Below, one piece after another: positions 40,646 to 52,148 of a stretch of DNA of 64,000 bases. Position 1 is the first letter of the stretch. Each line of letters opens with the position of its first letter. The DNA lies in contig NC_043003.1 in the NCBI RefSeq assembly GCF_006345805.1, positions 82,088,001 to 82,152,000 of the forward strand, read 5' to 3'. Origin of the DNA: Octopus sinensis. Lineage: Eukaryota. The translations under genes were made by a program, and so were the position numbers. Under the pieces are notes generated by a model, which was not told where the DNA came from, made no database searches, and saw only the letters and a program-made list of their open reading frames with translations.

Positions 40646-41639
40646 TGGTGGCCTTGTTTTAAGATTTAAAATCAATATATTAAGATTTTTTCGCCTTAGT
40701 TTTCTTCACTTACCTGTCTATCCCCCCCTCTCTCTCTCTACGGCTAATTCTTTTCTTTTCTCTTTTTCTGCTGGATATACCTCAATAGTGGCAAGTGTAA
40801 AATAGATTACTTATATATGTTTGTATGCGGATCCGCACGCAGAAATATATAAGAAATATGCAGTCATTTTCTGAAATTCGTTTCTTAGATTGATGACTCA
40901 TTACGCGTGGAAAATGACGGTGTGTATTTGGTAACTTCAATGCTGTGGGACAACGAAGGTAGTAAATAAACTACATAATGGCGTCGACAAGAAGACAAGA
41001 AAAGAAATATATACAGGCTTCGTGACAGGCAAAAAAAAATATAGCCTGGAACACTACGAAACGCCCACAAGAACTATGAGTACCTCTCTTGAAGGATAAG
41101 GGACAGCTTGCGAAATTGCTGTATATGGCAGTGCAATGAGGACAGAAATAATTATTTAAGAGAAGCCTTCAGGCACAAAAGTGTCAAGAAGTGCAGTCTA
41201 CGATGAATCGTTCTTACACAATATCGTTCAGTTTCTATGCATGTTGACTTGGAAGCTTCAATCGGACAGATGCCTATTTAGCGGATGATTCTTACTCTAG
41301 GTCAATCAATAGTAAGGTCCTGCGTTTTACATCCATAAGATACGGAGGTTTAGTCAGATATCCTCTCATAGCTACCTATTGAGAGTTCGTTTGAAAGTTA
41401 TTGCGCTGGAGTCAGAACTGACTGTCTAATTAAAACAGGGCATCGTGTAACCGGCCGAGCCGCATAGACGCGATGTGATATCTGCCTAGTACTCTGAATG
41501 CCAAAGTGAAGAAATTCAACCAAGAGTGTACATGCGATCCATCGGTAGGATAAAGCTAACCTGTCTCACGACGGTCTAAACCCTCCCCCACGTTCGCTGT
41601 TAATGAGTAAACAATCCAACGCTTTACGAATTCTGCTTC

Positions 41640-42110
41640 GCAATGATAGGAAGGCTGACATCGAAGGCATTTTCCTCACGAGCCAATCTCTCTTCAACTT
41701 ATTGACGTCTTGGAAAAAGAAATATAGATTATATCATATTTCTGCGGAAAACATCAGAAGTGTGATTAGCAGCTGCCCAAAATATCACGAAAATGCTATC
41801 TCCGTATGAGACACTACATTTTCGTGAAAACAATGAACAATGTCATTCTAAAAAAAGAAAGACAGTCCTGGAATAAATATAGAGAATCACACTATTATTG
41901 AATACCTACACAAACATCAACACAAGAAATACTGGTTGAACATTCCCATCAAAACATGTCAAATGTAAACATAACACGCCGGACATTGTTGTTTGGGACA
42001 CACAAGAAAAACTATGCACTGTCACAGAGATCAGCTGTTCTGATGATGTGAATATTTCATTAAAAATCAAAGAGAAAGAGGATGACTATGGACATCTGCT
42101 CCGAGTAAAT
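41640..42110 (+). mobile_element. R4/Dong-type non-LTR retrotransposon 3' fragment (zinc knuckle and restriction-like endonuclease)
   Basis: KYRLYHISAENIRSVISSCPK..MRH resembles a decayed CCHC knuckle (C.LC..E..HI.S.CP..RH). Then YWLNIPIKT and KCKHNTPDIVVWDTQEKLCTVTEISCSDDVNISLKIKEKEDDY, matching the PD..(D/E)xK REL signature. Confidence 0.8.
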
Positions 42111-42652
42111 GCCTCAGTGAAATATTGATACGCTAGAGTTTTCAGAAATAAAATCAACCAACTAACTCGTACATGCGAGATAAACATCTGTAAGTGGGAC
42201 AGTAAAAATATTCAAGACTTTTCTCAAGTTTAAAATGGGACATTGTTTCTGTTATCTACAACCAAACGATGGAGTTTTGTATGTTTGTTAGAAACCAGCT
42301 CCTTCCTCAGAAGAAGAATTAAAATAATTAAAACAGAAGAGAACGTTTACACATATAAGTGTGTATATGCATATATGTATGTATAATTTTATTGGTACTA
42401 ATGGCCCCTTCAAACAAAGACATCTATTTTTCTTCTGTCATTAATATGGTGGAATTCCTACCATAAAAAAGGGATTTAGTAGGCGAAGAGAGAAGACCAT
42501 TCTGCTCTTGAAATAAATGCAGGCAAAAACATACACATACAAGCATACATGAACTTATAAACATGTGCACACATGTACATGCGTACATAAGCACACTCTC
42601 ATATACGTGTAAATGTATGCATGATTGCATCATGATGATGATGATGTGCATG

Positions 42653-42687
<35 letters not shown>

Positions 42688-42710
42688 TTAGGAGGGAAGA
42701 TGTATGAGTC

Positions 42711-42755
<45 letters not shown>

Positions 42756-44047
42756 TTATAAATGATAATATATATGCAGTCACTTATGTACACTTACTCC
42801 TATACACATGCGTATGTCACTACATATACGTAGACACACACACAAACATACCTTTATATATATATATATATATATATATACGCACAATCAATCATACCCA
42901 CATGCATATGTGCATTATGTCTCCATTCAAATATGGACACAATATCTGAACCCATCATCAGAATTTCATCCTTCTTCCTTTTCTCTATTCTCAATGATAT
43001 CATTGCACCTGACAAAAGAGTATACCTTGCACCGGTGTACTACATTTCTCGTGACCATGTCACAATGAATTTCCACCTAAACGAAAAGTATCAAGCGGAA
43101 ACATGGGAATACTGCAGCTCAAGGAATGTGGTAGGAGAACCATCTTCGAAACTGATAGTTCACTTTGCTTTGAAAAGCATTCACTAGAGTCAGCAGGGCC
43201 CCCTTAAATGAAATATGGACAGAGGATTGGAACATTTTATGCATACTTCATAGATTGCGATATCCGAAATTGAATTTGGTTCCTTACTTAGGGTTTTAAC
43301 ACGTTGGATCCTCCCTGATATGGAAACATTTAATATTTACTCATCGATTATTTGAGAAACATCGAATATATTTCTGAAATAATCAATATCTTTTATAACA
43401 AAACATTTCGTAGTTGGTTCTTTGCTTACAATAGCGAAATGCTTATAACACTATCAGCTAACTCTCCATAGCAAAATAAATTGACAGTAAATTTCAGAAT
43501 TATAGCAGTAGAGTACTTTTTCTGTTGAATGACACAATAAAACTATAACATTTTAAAATCTGTTAGTATGATTATTTTAGCTCTACCAAACATCTTACCC
43601 ATAAACACATTTAATAGTCAAAATACAATTTACTTCTATACACAAATCAATATAAATATAAATAAAAATAACTAATTAAATCGTTTTGTAAGATGAAAGT
43701 ATTTAAATACTTCTAAAAGTGAGTAAATATTTTTGTCAAATATATATTGAAATATTAATGGAAAAAACACTTAATGCAAAATTAAATCTATACGAAAATA
43801 TTTTATTCTGCAATAGCAGCCATTGCAGATTTTACTATCAGTTAATTGATTTTTAAATCTCGAGTTCCTAGTATTTTCAAAAAATTCATTTACTTTTTTA
43901 TAGTAGTTTAACTAATTCATAAGTTATTCGAAATATTTTAAAAGATACTTCCAAACACTTCGTATTTCAAAGAATTTAGATTTATAGATATCAAATTCAA
44001 GTACAAATTTCTTTTAACAAGAAAATAAAATACATTCCTTTACAATA

Positions 44048-44148
<101 letters not shown>

Positions 44149-44469
44149 CAGTGTGTGAACTAACATGTTACAATTAAATACATTCCAATGTCGGACTGCA
44201 CAAATAATTTAGCATGCGCAATTTGACGAACGCCGATCATATTCATTGATCCGTGTCTTCACTTTACAATAACGGTATAAATAAAGAATCCTTAAATACT
44301 CTCTACCGATTTATTTTACTATACATAGTTTTTTGCTATGTAATAGAGTTGCATCTCTCTGTATTCTCTCTATATGTTTACAACTATCTCTTTCTCCCTC
44401 TCTCTCTCTCTCTCTCTCTCTACATATATATACATCCTTTTTTTATATTTTGCTTCTTTTATTCTTTGC

Positions 44470-44825
44470 ATTATTATCTTGCCGGGGTACGACCTTAATT
44501 GATTTGGTGGAACATAACGAGCTTAGTACTCGACGGAAACAAACTAACACCCGTTGCAGCCAGTGGAAAACACTTACACACACTCACAAATATATATATA
44601 TATATATATGTGAGAGAGAGAGAGAGTGTGTGTGTGTGTGTGTATGTGTGTGCGTATGTATATTTGCGTGTGTGTGTACATGCACAACCGGACTCCACTC
44701 AGTTTTGTAGGAACAAACTCACTCACAAAGCACTGGGTGAACCGGGATATAGTAGGAAACACTCCACGAAAGTACTGCTTCGGAAAACCGAGACTAAAAC
44801 CAGGTAGTTGCAAAGCAAATTTCCT
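44470..44825 (-). mobile_element. Diverged SINE family A
   Basis: Reverse complement aligns with 2330-2745 (CTCACAAAGC, TATAGTAGGAAACACT, internal microsatellite). Confidence 0.65.
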
Positions 44826-45399
44826 CATGTCTTTGGCTGTGGAGAGAAATGTATGAAATCTGCTCGTCAAGCCATACTTATTAACTCACCGGCCAAACCC
44901 GAAGATCAATGGACGATCGGGGTAGAGCCGATGGTTCCGATAACTTACCAATCATCTCAATCTCGCCGCTTGTACGACCTGCATCATCACCCCTGCGACG
45001 ATGATTAGAAACTGAATCATTCTCTGTTGGCAAGAAGTCTTGAAATTAATCTGAACAATGGCATACGTACGTATCTGTCTTTTGTGCATTTAAGCATATT
45101 TTTTCAGGCAAGTTGAAACACCATACTGAATTCTATAAATTCACTGGAAATATATATCTTATATTCAGGACACTGCAAATCTATTGAATAGTTGCTTCCA
45201 CATATATTAAATCATTTACAAATCTGGTTCTTGCGAAGTCGTACCTCTTCAGTAGATATTCTATTTCAGTACTAAAGTGAAGTTGATTTAGTATTTTTAT
45301 GTTTTTAATTTTATATATATATTCTTAATATATTCCATATCGCGATGTGTGCGCAAAAGCATTGCTTGTTAAAAGTATATCGTACCGATCAACTGCTAA

Positions 45400-46060
45400 T
45401 TGATCTCGTTTCTGTCAACAACAATTATAAGGTTACAGAAATCACTGTTCCGTAAGATATTGTTCATGAAAGATTTTTTCGCAAGTGTTTTTATTCTTTG
45501 CATGTGTACATGGTTAAAGTGGTACGACTAAGATCGAAAATAGTTGCTTATATATCATAGCTTGAGAAGTAATGGCACCAGTCTGACAGAAATATAGAAT
45601 GCTCTCTTCTCTTCATTGTCCGCTCTCTTCATCCAATATATATCGAAATATTGAGTAAATTCCTTGGAATTAAAGTTTGCATCGTTTTAATTCTGCTTTC
45701 GTTCACATAGCGTTCCACAAGTGTTGAATGTTTCAAAATATCTCTGAAATAAATATGGAAACAAAATTTTAATCTTCAGACCAAAGCAGCAATTCATTGT
45801 GAATTTCTGAAATGAAAGATTCATCATTTCTCTAAATAGATGCGTCCTAACATATTTTTACAAACTTGGAATCGCTTTGTATTTCCAACAGAAAAACCTT
45901 CCTCCAATCTTGGCTCGTTTTTCAGAATTCAACCATAAATCTGTCACATCTAAGATATATCATTGTACAAGAGAGGACGAATCACCATGTTTTAACAATA
46001 CTAACGTTATTTGCATCATTGTTCATCTCCATGGTAACGAAATGGTTCACTCTGTGTTGA
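45400..46060 (-). pseudogene. Possible second decayed TLR/TIR-like relic
   Basis: Minus strand across frameshifts: FVLSCTMIYLRCD, WSED*NFV, GTLCER, ERT..HSIFLSDWCHY (resembles S..FL.S.WC.YE), LFSILVVPL, IFHEQYL. The plus strand also gives LRR-like fragments, so the call is ambiguous. Confidence 0.25.
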
Positions 46061-47441
46061 AAGGTACTCGCAAGAATGTGAACGTGATCGGAACTCTTTT
46101 GTGTTAAGCTAGTTAAAGTATATTTGTTCTACTGCTTTCTACCTGGTGCTATTTAATTCCTCTACTGCTACTTTGTTAGCAATTTCTCCGTCGACTTGTG
46201 TTCCTCATTGACATATTATATACTTTATTTTTGTTAAGTTTTATCCTTATATTATAATTTCAAGTTTGGAAACAAAAACTGCATGTTCTAACGTTTTACA
46301 CTTTTCGAGTTTTGCTTCAGGAACAAATATCTTTTAGCTGCAACTAACCGCTAAAATGTGGGTGCAGAAATGATAACGGTGTTAACAAAATACAGGCGAA
46401 AGCACACGAAAAATGATATTTTAAAATTATTCTAGGTTAAACATGAAATTTAAATGTAAAAAAAATACACGTTCTACTTAATTTCATTCAAATATACAAT
46501 TATATTTAGATTCTAAATTTTTGCATGAAACAATAAAATATAGAAATTTTTATATATACCTTCTACGATACGATGGTGCTAAAGCACTCGTATGTAATGA
46601 AGATGAAATCTATCTGCCTTCACCTCCTCTTTTATTCAAGTGTAGCTGAGCTTGACACCCTGATACATAGAACTACGAGCTCAAGTGGGAAACAATAACT
46701 ACGAGATATTGTTTTAAGTTGTTCCTTAACAAATGCACAGTGCAGAAATAACGAAAGAAAAATAGTGTATTGGTTTGAATGATTTCTACCTTTACCAACT
46801 GAAAAGTAAATCTTTATTTATTCTCACTAGGAACAAATGATTCGCTATCTTTATCAAATCTCATGACTTCTGTAAGCCTTGTTCCAAAGATTTACTTTCA
46901 CCAAAGCTAAGAACACTTAATTTATCTGTCTCAGATACAACATAAACCATTATGTATGTTTTCAAGTAGGACATGCTTATGTTTATGTTATGGGGAAAAG
47001 GTAATCGTCTTTTAAAATTAACGATTTAAATTCAAACTTATACAGCAATATTTTTAATCTTTCACTTCTTGCTTTGCATTGTTCCCGATTCATTTACTTA
47101 TGTATATTATCACTTTTGTTTCCGCATTTTTTATACTAGTAATCTTGTAGATACCGATAGTTTGTCGGACATAGATTACAATATGAAATATCAAAATAAT
47201 TTTTACTTTGAATTGTTCATAAAGTAAGTGAGGTTTGTTATGGTGTTCTTTATAGTGGCAATACTTAACATTATGCTAAATGTATATTATGTTCAACTTG
47301 ACATAATTTAAATTGCTAATACATTCTTTTTGTTGCGAAACAGTCTATATCCGGATTAAATGAAAGAGTACATAAAGTTACTACGTTTAATTGTGTAGTG
47401 TTGTATTTAACAACAATATCATCTCTCTCTCTCTCTCCCTC

Positions 47442-47482
<41 letters not shown>

Positions 47483-47509
47483 TTTATTTAAAGCAGCAGA
47501 AAATTCAAC

Positions 47510-47556
47510 AAAACCTGTTACTCCGAGTTTCCCGTTGCCGTTCATCGGACAGTTTT
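47510..47556 (-). ncRNA. Mirror hammerhead motif on the opposite strand
   Basis: Reverse complement of the left arm is identical to the plus-strand motif except for the stem III loop (CTCGGAG). Confidence 0.6.
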
Positions 47557-47564
47557 TGCTAGAA

Positions 47565-47611
47565 AAAACTGTCCGATGAACGGCAACGGGAAACTCAGAG
47601 TAACAGGTTTT
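47565..47611 (+). ncRNA. Minimal type I hammerhead ribozyme motif (U4C core variant)
   Basis: AAAACTGT-CCGATGA-ACG(GCAA)CGG-GAAA-CTC(A)GAG-TA-ACAGGTTTT. Stem I pairs, stem II has a GNRA loop, stem III is near-palindromic, and the cleavage triplet is GUA (cut after 47602). Confidence 0.6.
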
Positions 47612-47708
47612 GTTGAATTTTCTGCTGCTTTAAATAAAGCATATTACTCTACCACTGGTATTTGAGTACTCTTTTTTCCACCTTGTTTCACATTTATGTG
47701 TTTACTCC

Positions 47709-47750
<42 letters not shown>

Positions 47751-47952
47751 ATATATTACCAAAGAAAAAACAACATGAGCTTGAACTTTTACTCCTTTAT
47801 TTAATTTGTTACATATGTTTCAGTATTCGGCAACACATATCGTACAAGCGATGCAATCCGTAGATGCACTTGATAAAGGCAGAACGCATAATCAAACATA
47901 CAAGTATATCTTCAGACAGAAAAGCGAGAAATGCTATTTAAATAACCAACTT

Positions 47953-48027
47953 GAAGTATTTAGGAAGTACAAGGCTAGAGGGAGAAGTATTTAGGAAGTA
48001 CAAGGCTAGAGGGAAGTACAAGGCTAG
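47953..48027 (+). repeat. 31 bp tandem duplication plus a partial copy
   Basis: GAAGTATTTAGGAAGTACAAGGCTAGAGGGA at 47953-47983 and 47984-48014, then AGTACAAGGCTAG. Confidence 0.9.
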
Positions 48028-50093
48028 TTGAAGGAAAGGTGTGATCAGCCCCCGCTCCCCAAACCACAAAGTTGGACTGGTGTTAGTAAGAATCGAGATG
48101 AAACGACGGCCAAGGAAATGGGTCACACGATAAAGGTGTCAATATCAATGTGTGTGTGCGTGTGTGCATGTGTGTCTATTTGAGATCATACAGAATGTTT
48201 GAGGTAGATAAATTAAGTGTTGTTAACGTTAGTGAAAGTAATTCTGTTAAAGAAGGCTTACAGAAGACAAGAGATTTTGTTGTGAGGGTTTCTGGATATT
48301 CAAATCCCAATAGTATTTGTCTTCCAGAGCTTCATTGACAGAATAACGGAATAAGATGTATGTCGCTTACAGTAAGGTTTATGGAGAAAAATAGCCATTA
48401 CTTAGATAAGTATGGAAATGAATACAGGTATTAGCGACAGAATTCAAGAAGAGATTTGTGGATGAATACATGCTTCGAATGAGTTGAAGAACAGAAAAAA
48501 TTAGGAGTAAAAATGAAGGCATGAAATAACTTAGAATGTATTTATCAATCTGAGAGGCGTGTGAAAATGTATAATAAATATTAGGATTTATGTTACATCA
48601 ATGATTGTATCCGCAGTGAATGTGCGAAAGGAAATGTAAGTCTTCAGTATGGAAGGATGGAAAAAGAAACCTAGGGGATACAAGAGTAGACACAGAAATA
48701 TATCGATACGATAGGGAAATGAATTGATCCCTCCTGAAAATAGAAAATAGATAATACAATAAAATGTAATGAACATAGAAAAATAATTCAATAGATTTAA
48801 AATATAATGCTTGTGCTGTAAAAAGATAAATAAATACACAAGAATATCTATATGCAACGGGAATGCAATAAAATACAATAACAAATCAAATATATTAAAA
48901 TTTGTTTTCGATGAATTTAACTTTATTTTCCATTTACGCTAAAAGAAGGGAGACATTTTTTATGACTTGCATTCCCATAGAGAAAAATTTTAGGCGTCAC
49001 TTAGTAATGAATAGAAAAAGAAAGAGAAGGAAAAAAGACGATTAACGAAAAGCAATGTAAGCGCATAAGGCAAGAAAACAGTGCTATGTATAAGAAAAGA
49101 GACAATAATAAAAAAGAAAGTTGGGATGAGAAAGAAAGAAAAGAGAACAAAGAGATATTCATGCATTTTGCAGTATTGGGGAAAACAGCTTTTCGTTGTT
49201 TAGATATATAGACGATATATAAGAGTGTAAAATGCGGTAGCAATGTGAACAAAACTCAGCTGACAAATTCGAGTGTTGAGATAAAGGCAACTGAACAGAT
49301 ACGACACTGATATTTTTCCGTTATCTCTGAAACATTTTCGAACAGCATTTAGGTCCTAAAATTTTTTTCTAACCTATGAGTAAGGATATTTATCGAACTT
49401 CGGAGATTTTACAAAGCATCAAAGAACTTTAAAGAAAGTAGTATTACAGAGAAATTATATCAAAGAAATTATATTTCCTTTTGATGAAAGAATTTTCGTA
49501 CCAATTCGTTCTTGAAATACAGCAAGTAAATGGGAAGAGCTCAAATGATGAATTTTTCACTGGATCATAAACAGTACGATCCAGATACTCCAAAATTTGG
49601 TTTGGTAAATTCTACTACACACCAACGTAAATTAACTTTTAATCGTCGCATATGCAGTGGGTGGATGCACAGATTATTTTATATGTATATTTTATAGGCA
49701 TAAGTTAAGTGTGTATAGATGTTCTACACAGACCTATACCTATACGTACATATGTTCGGTAAAATTTGTTTGGAAACTTCACTTTTGCATTGAATTACGA
49801 TAAATGGTTAGCACTGGGTTTCTGCTTAAACAAAAGATCAAACTTTTGACATTAATAGTAAAACTGTATCATAGAATCAAGATGTTATTGTTAAATATGT
49901 TGTAGTATCAGCAAATAAATGTCAAAAAAATATAACCAGTACGGGGTCTAAGAAGGTTTTAGTGTTATTGAATGCCACACTCGGGTTTTATGGATTGTTA
50001 AACTGCTTTATTTTGCGCTTGCGACGAATTTATAGTTTCCTGTGTGGTTCCATTCTATGGATTATTTAAATTGTATTTCTTCATGGCATCCAA

Positions 50094-50139
<46 letters not shown>

Positions 50140-50545
50140 CTTTTCTTTCTCTCTCCCTCTTTCTCTATCTGAATATATATATATGTGTGTGCGTGTGTGT
50201 GTGTATGCAAACATGCATATACATATAAAGATACATGCATACATACAACATGCCCACATACAAAATGTGCTCCACAACGACTTGAATTTGGAAGTTCGTA
50301 AAATATGCTAAACTCTGCAACTGATGATGTGATGGAAATATAAATAAGATATTCTTGAAACATCTTTCAGTAACATAGATTTGAAAAGTTTGATCGACTT
50401 TGACTAGTGTAACCGATGAATGCGAGAAAAGATACGAGCTTTGAGGCTGGTTTGTAGTTGCAATGGGGCTGTTAGTGACGTGTCTCTGGATTATAAATGC
50501 TGCAATGGTTTTATTAAAAACTATATCTATTTATCTATCTTTCTA

Positions 50546-50548
<3 letters not shown>

Positions 50549-50624
<76 letters not shown>

Positions 50625-50645
50625 GTGCGTGTGTGCGTGCATGCG
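50549..50645. repeat. Long (GT)n microsatellite
   Basis: Seen directly in the sequence. Confidence 0.95.
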
Positions 50646-51274
50646 TGTCAGTGTATGAAAGAGAATATAATTCAAAACAGACTTTGTACAATTCCTTCTT
50701 CTGGAACATGATGAACGTTTAAACGTGTGTGTGTGTGTGTACACGTGTGCGTATATTTAATGATTTCATTCTTTTACCTGATTTGGAGGAAGAAGTGAAA
50801 GGAGAAACCGCTGAAAGGAATAACCAAGTTATAGTAAAGGGGAAGATCTCAGAATAATTTCAGCAAAGGCACCTAAGTGTTTGTTGGAGGTGTTTAAGCA
50901 TGGTCAGCGTGCGAGAGAATATATATATTGTATCTCTATGAGTAAAAGTGTGCGTGTATTTGTGAAGGAGCGCGTTGACACGAGCAAAATAGTGCGTGTA
51001 CATTGGTATGTATAAATGAGATGTAATAGATATGTCAGACAGACTTTAGGGCTGTATGAATATTTAGAATGCATTATGTAGATGCGCAGGTGAGTACGAT
51101 GACTAGCAGTTTCAGTGAGAATCCGCGCGTCTGTGTATACACATATATGTAAGAATGCATACATGGATGTGTATACAGAGATGTATGGTTGTGTATGTTG
51201 GTAGATATGTGTTTAAGATATGAGTTAACAGACAGCGGCACAGATGAGATTCTGGAAATCAGGGGGGATAAATT

Positions 51275-51817
51275 GACATGCAGTAGTACCGGGCAGTGGC
51301 TCTCATGGCTTCTGATCTGAACTGATTGGCAGTGTCATCATGTACATTGTTTTGTCTTTGTATAAAAGATGGGCAAATATTCTGCTCAATACCACACATT
51401 TACTTGTCAGTTGTTTGACCTTAACCAATTGAGCATGTCCCTTAGTGGGTGATGATATGTGCATTTCTGATCATGAGCAGAAGTAGTGGGGGAGCACCAT
51501 AGCCCTATCTTGAGAGGGATTCTTTGGTGTTTGAATAATTCCCCCCTGGAAACATGGGTGTTTCGTTCAACATCCTTAAACAAACCTTATTCAGGGACCT
51601 TTTGAGAGGGACGTGTTACTCGACCAGAAGAAAATTCTAACTGGGTACCTCCTGAAAGGTCATGCGCTGTTTATCTTGATATGTGATCACCAAGGTTGTG
51701 ATGCATGTGCCTAGTGTACTCTTATCAGTCGAGTCATGATGGGCTTTGTATGTTTTTACCCCAGTGTCACTTTGATGGCATGCACTTCTCTCTCACTCAA
51801 TAATAATAATGATAATA
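51275..51817 (+). mobile_element. Interspersed repeat with (AAT)n tail, probably a LINE 3' UTR
   Basis: Homologous to 37216-37670. Ends CTCTCTCACTC followed by (AAT)n. Confidence 0.75.
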
Positions 51818-51903
51818 TATAGTTGCTAGTTTTATAACTTTGAGCCAGCACGGATCGCATATATATTTACAAAACGTGCTAGACATACGTATATATGTGT
51901 GTT

Positions 51904-51934
<31 letters not shown>

Positions 51935-51935
51935 A

Positions 51936-52148
51936 ATATTGGTTTGAAATTTTGGTAGATTGCCAGCAAGTTTGTGGGGAGGAACTGAGACGATTATATT
52001 ATCCCTAGTGCTCATCTGGTACTTATCTTATTGATCACGAAAGATGAACGGCAAGGTCAGCCTCTGCAGAATTTGAACAGAGAACTTAAAGACAAATGAA
52101 ATGCCGCTAAGCATTTTGCCTGACGTGCTAATGTTTCCACCAGCTCAC
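51936..52148 (-). mobile_element. SINE family B
   Basis: CTGGTACTTATCTTATTGATCACGAAAGATGAACGGCAAGGTC...GCCGCTAAGCATTTTGCC...CAGCTCAC. Confidence 0.75.

Larger units (their letters stand above)
47481..47710. mobile_element. 230 bp non-autonomous element: 158 bp palindrome plus 70 bp tail, inserted in (TA)n
   Basis: 47482-47639 is self-complementary around CTAG (47559-47562), with one arm mismatch and one mismatch beside the centre. (TA)n on both sides. Confidence 0.85.

Noticed and set aside
49380-49700. About 55-codon open frames on both strands
   Set aside because: No splice signals or recognisable motifs, and compatible with chance.
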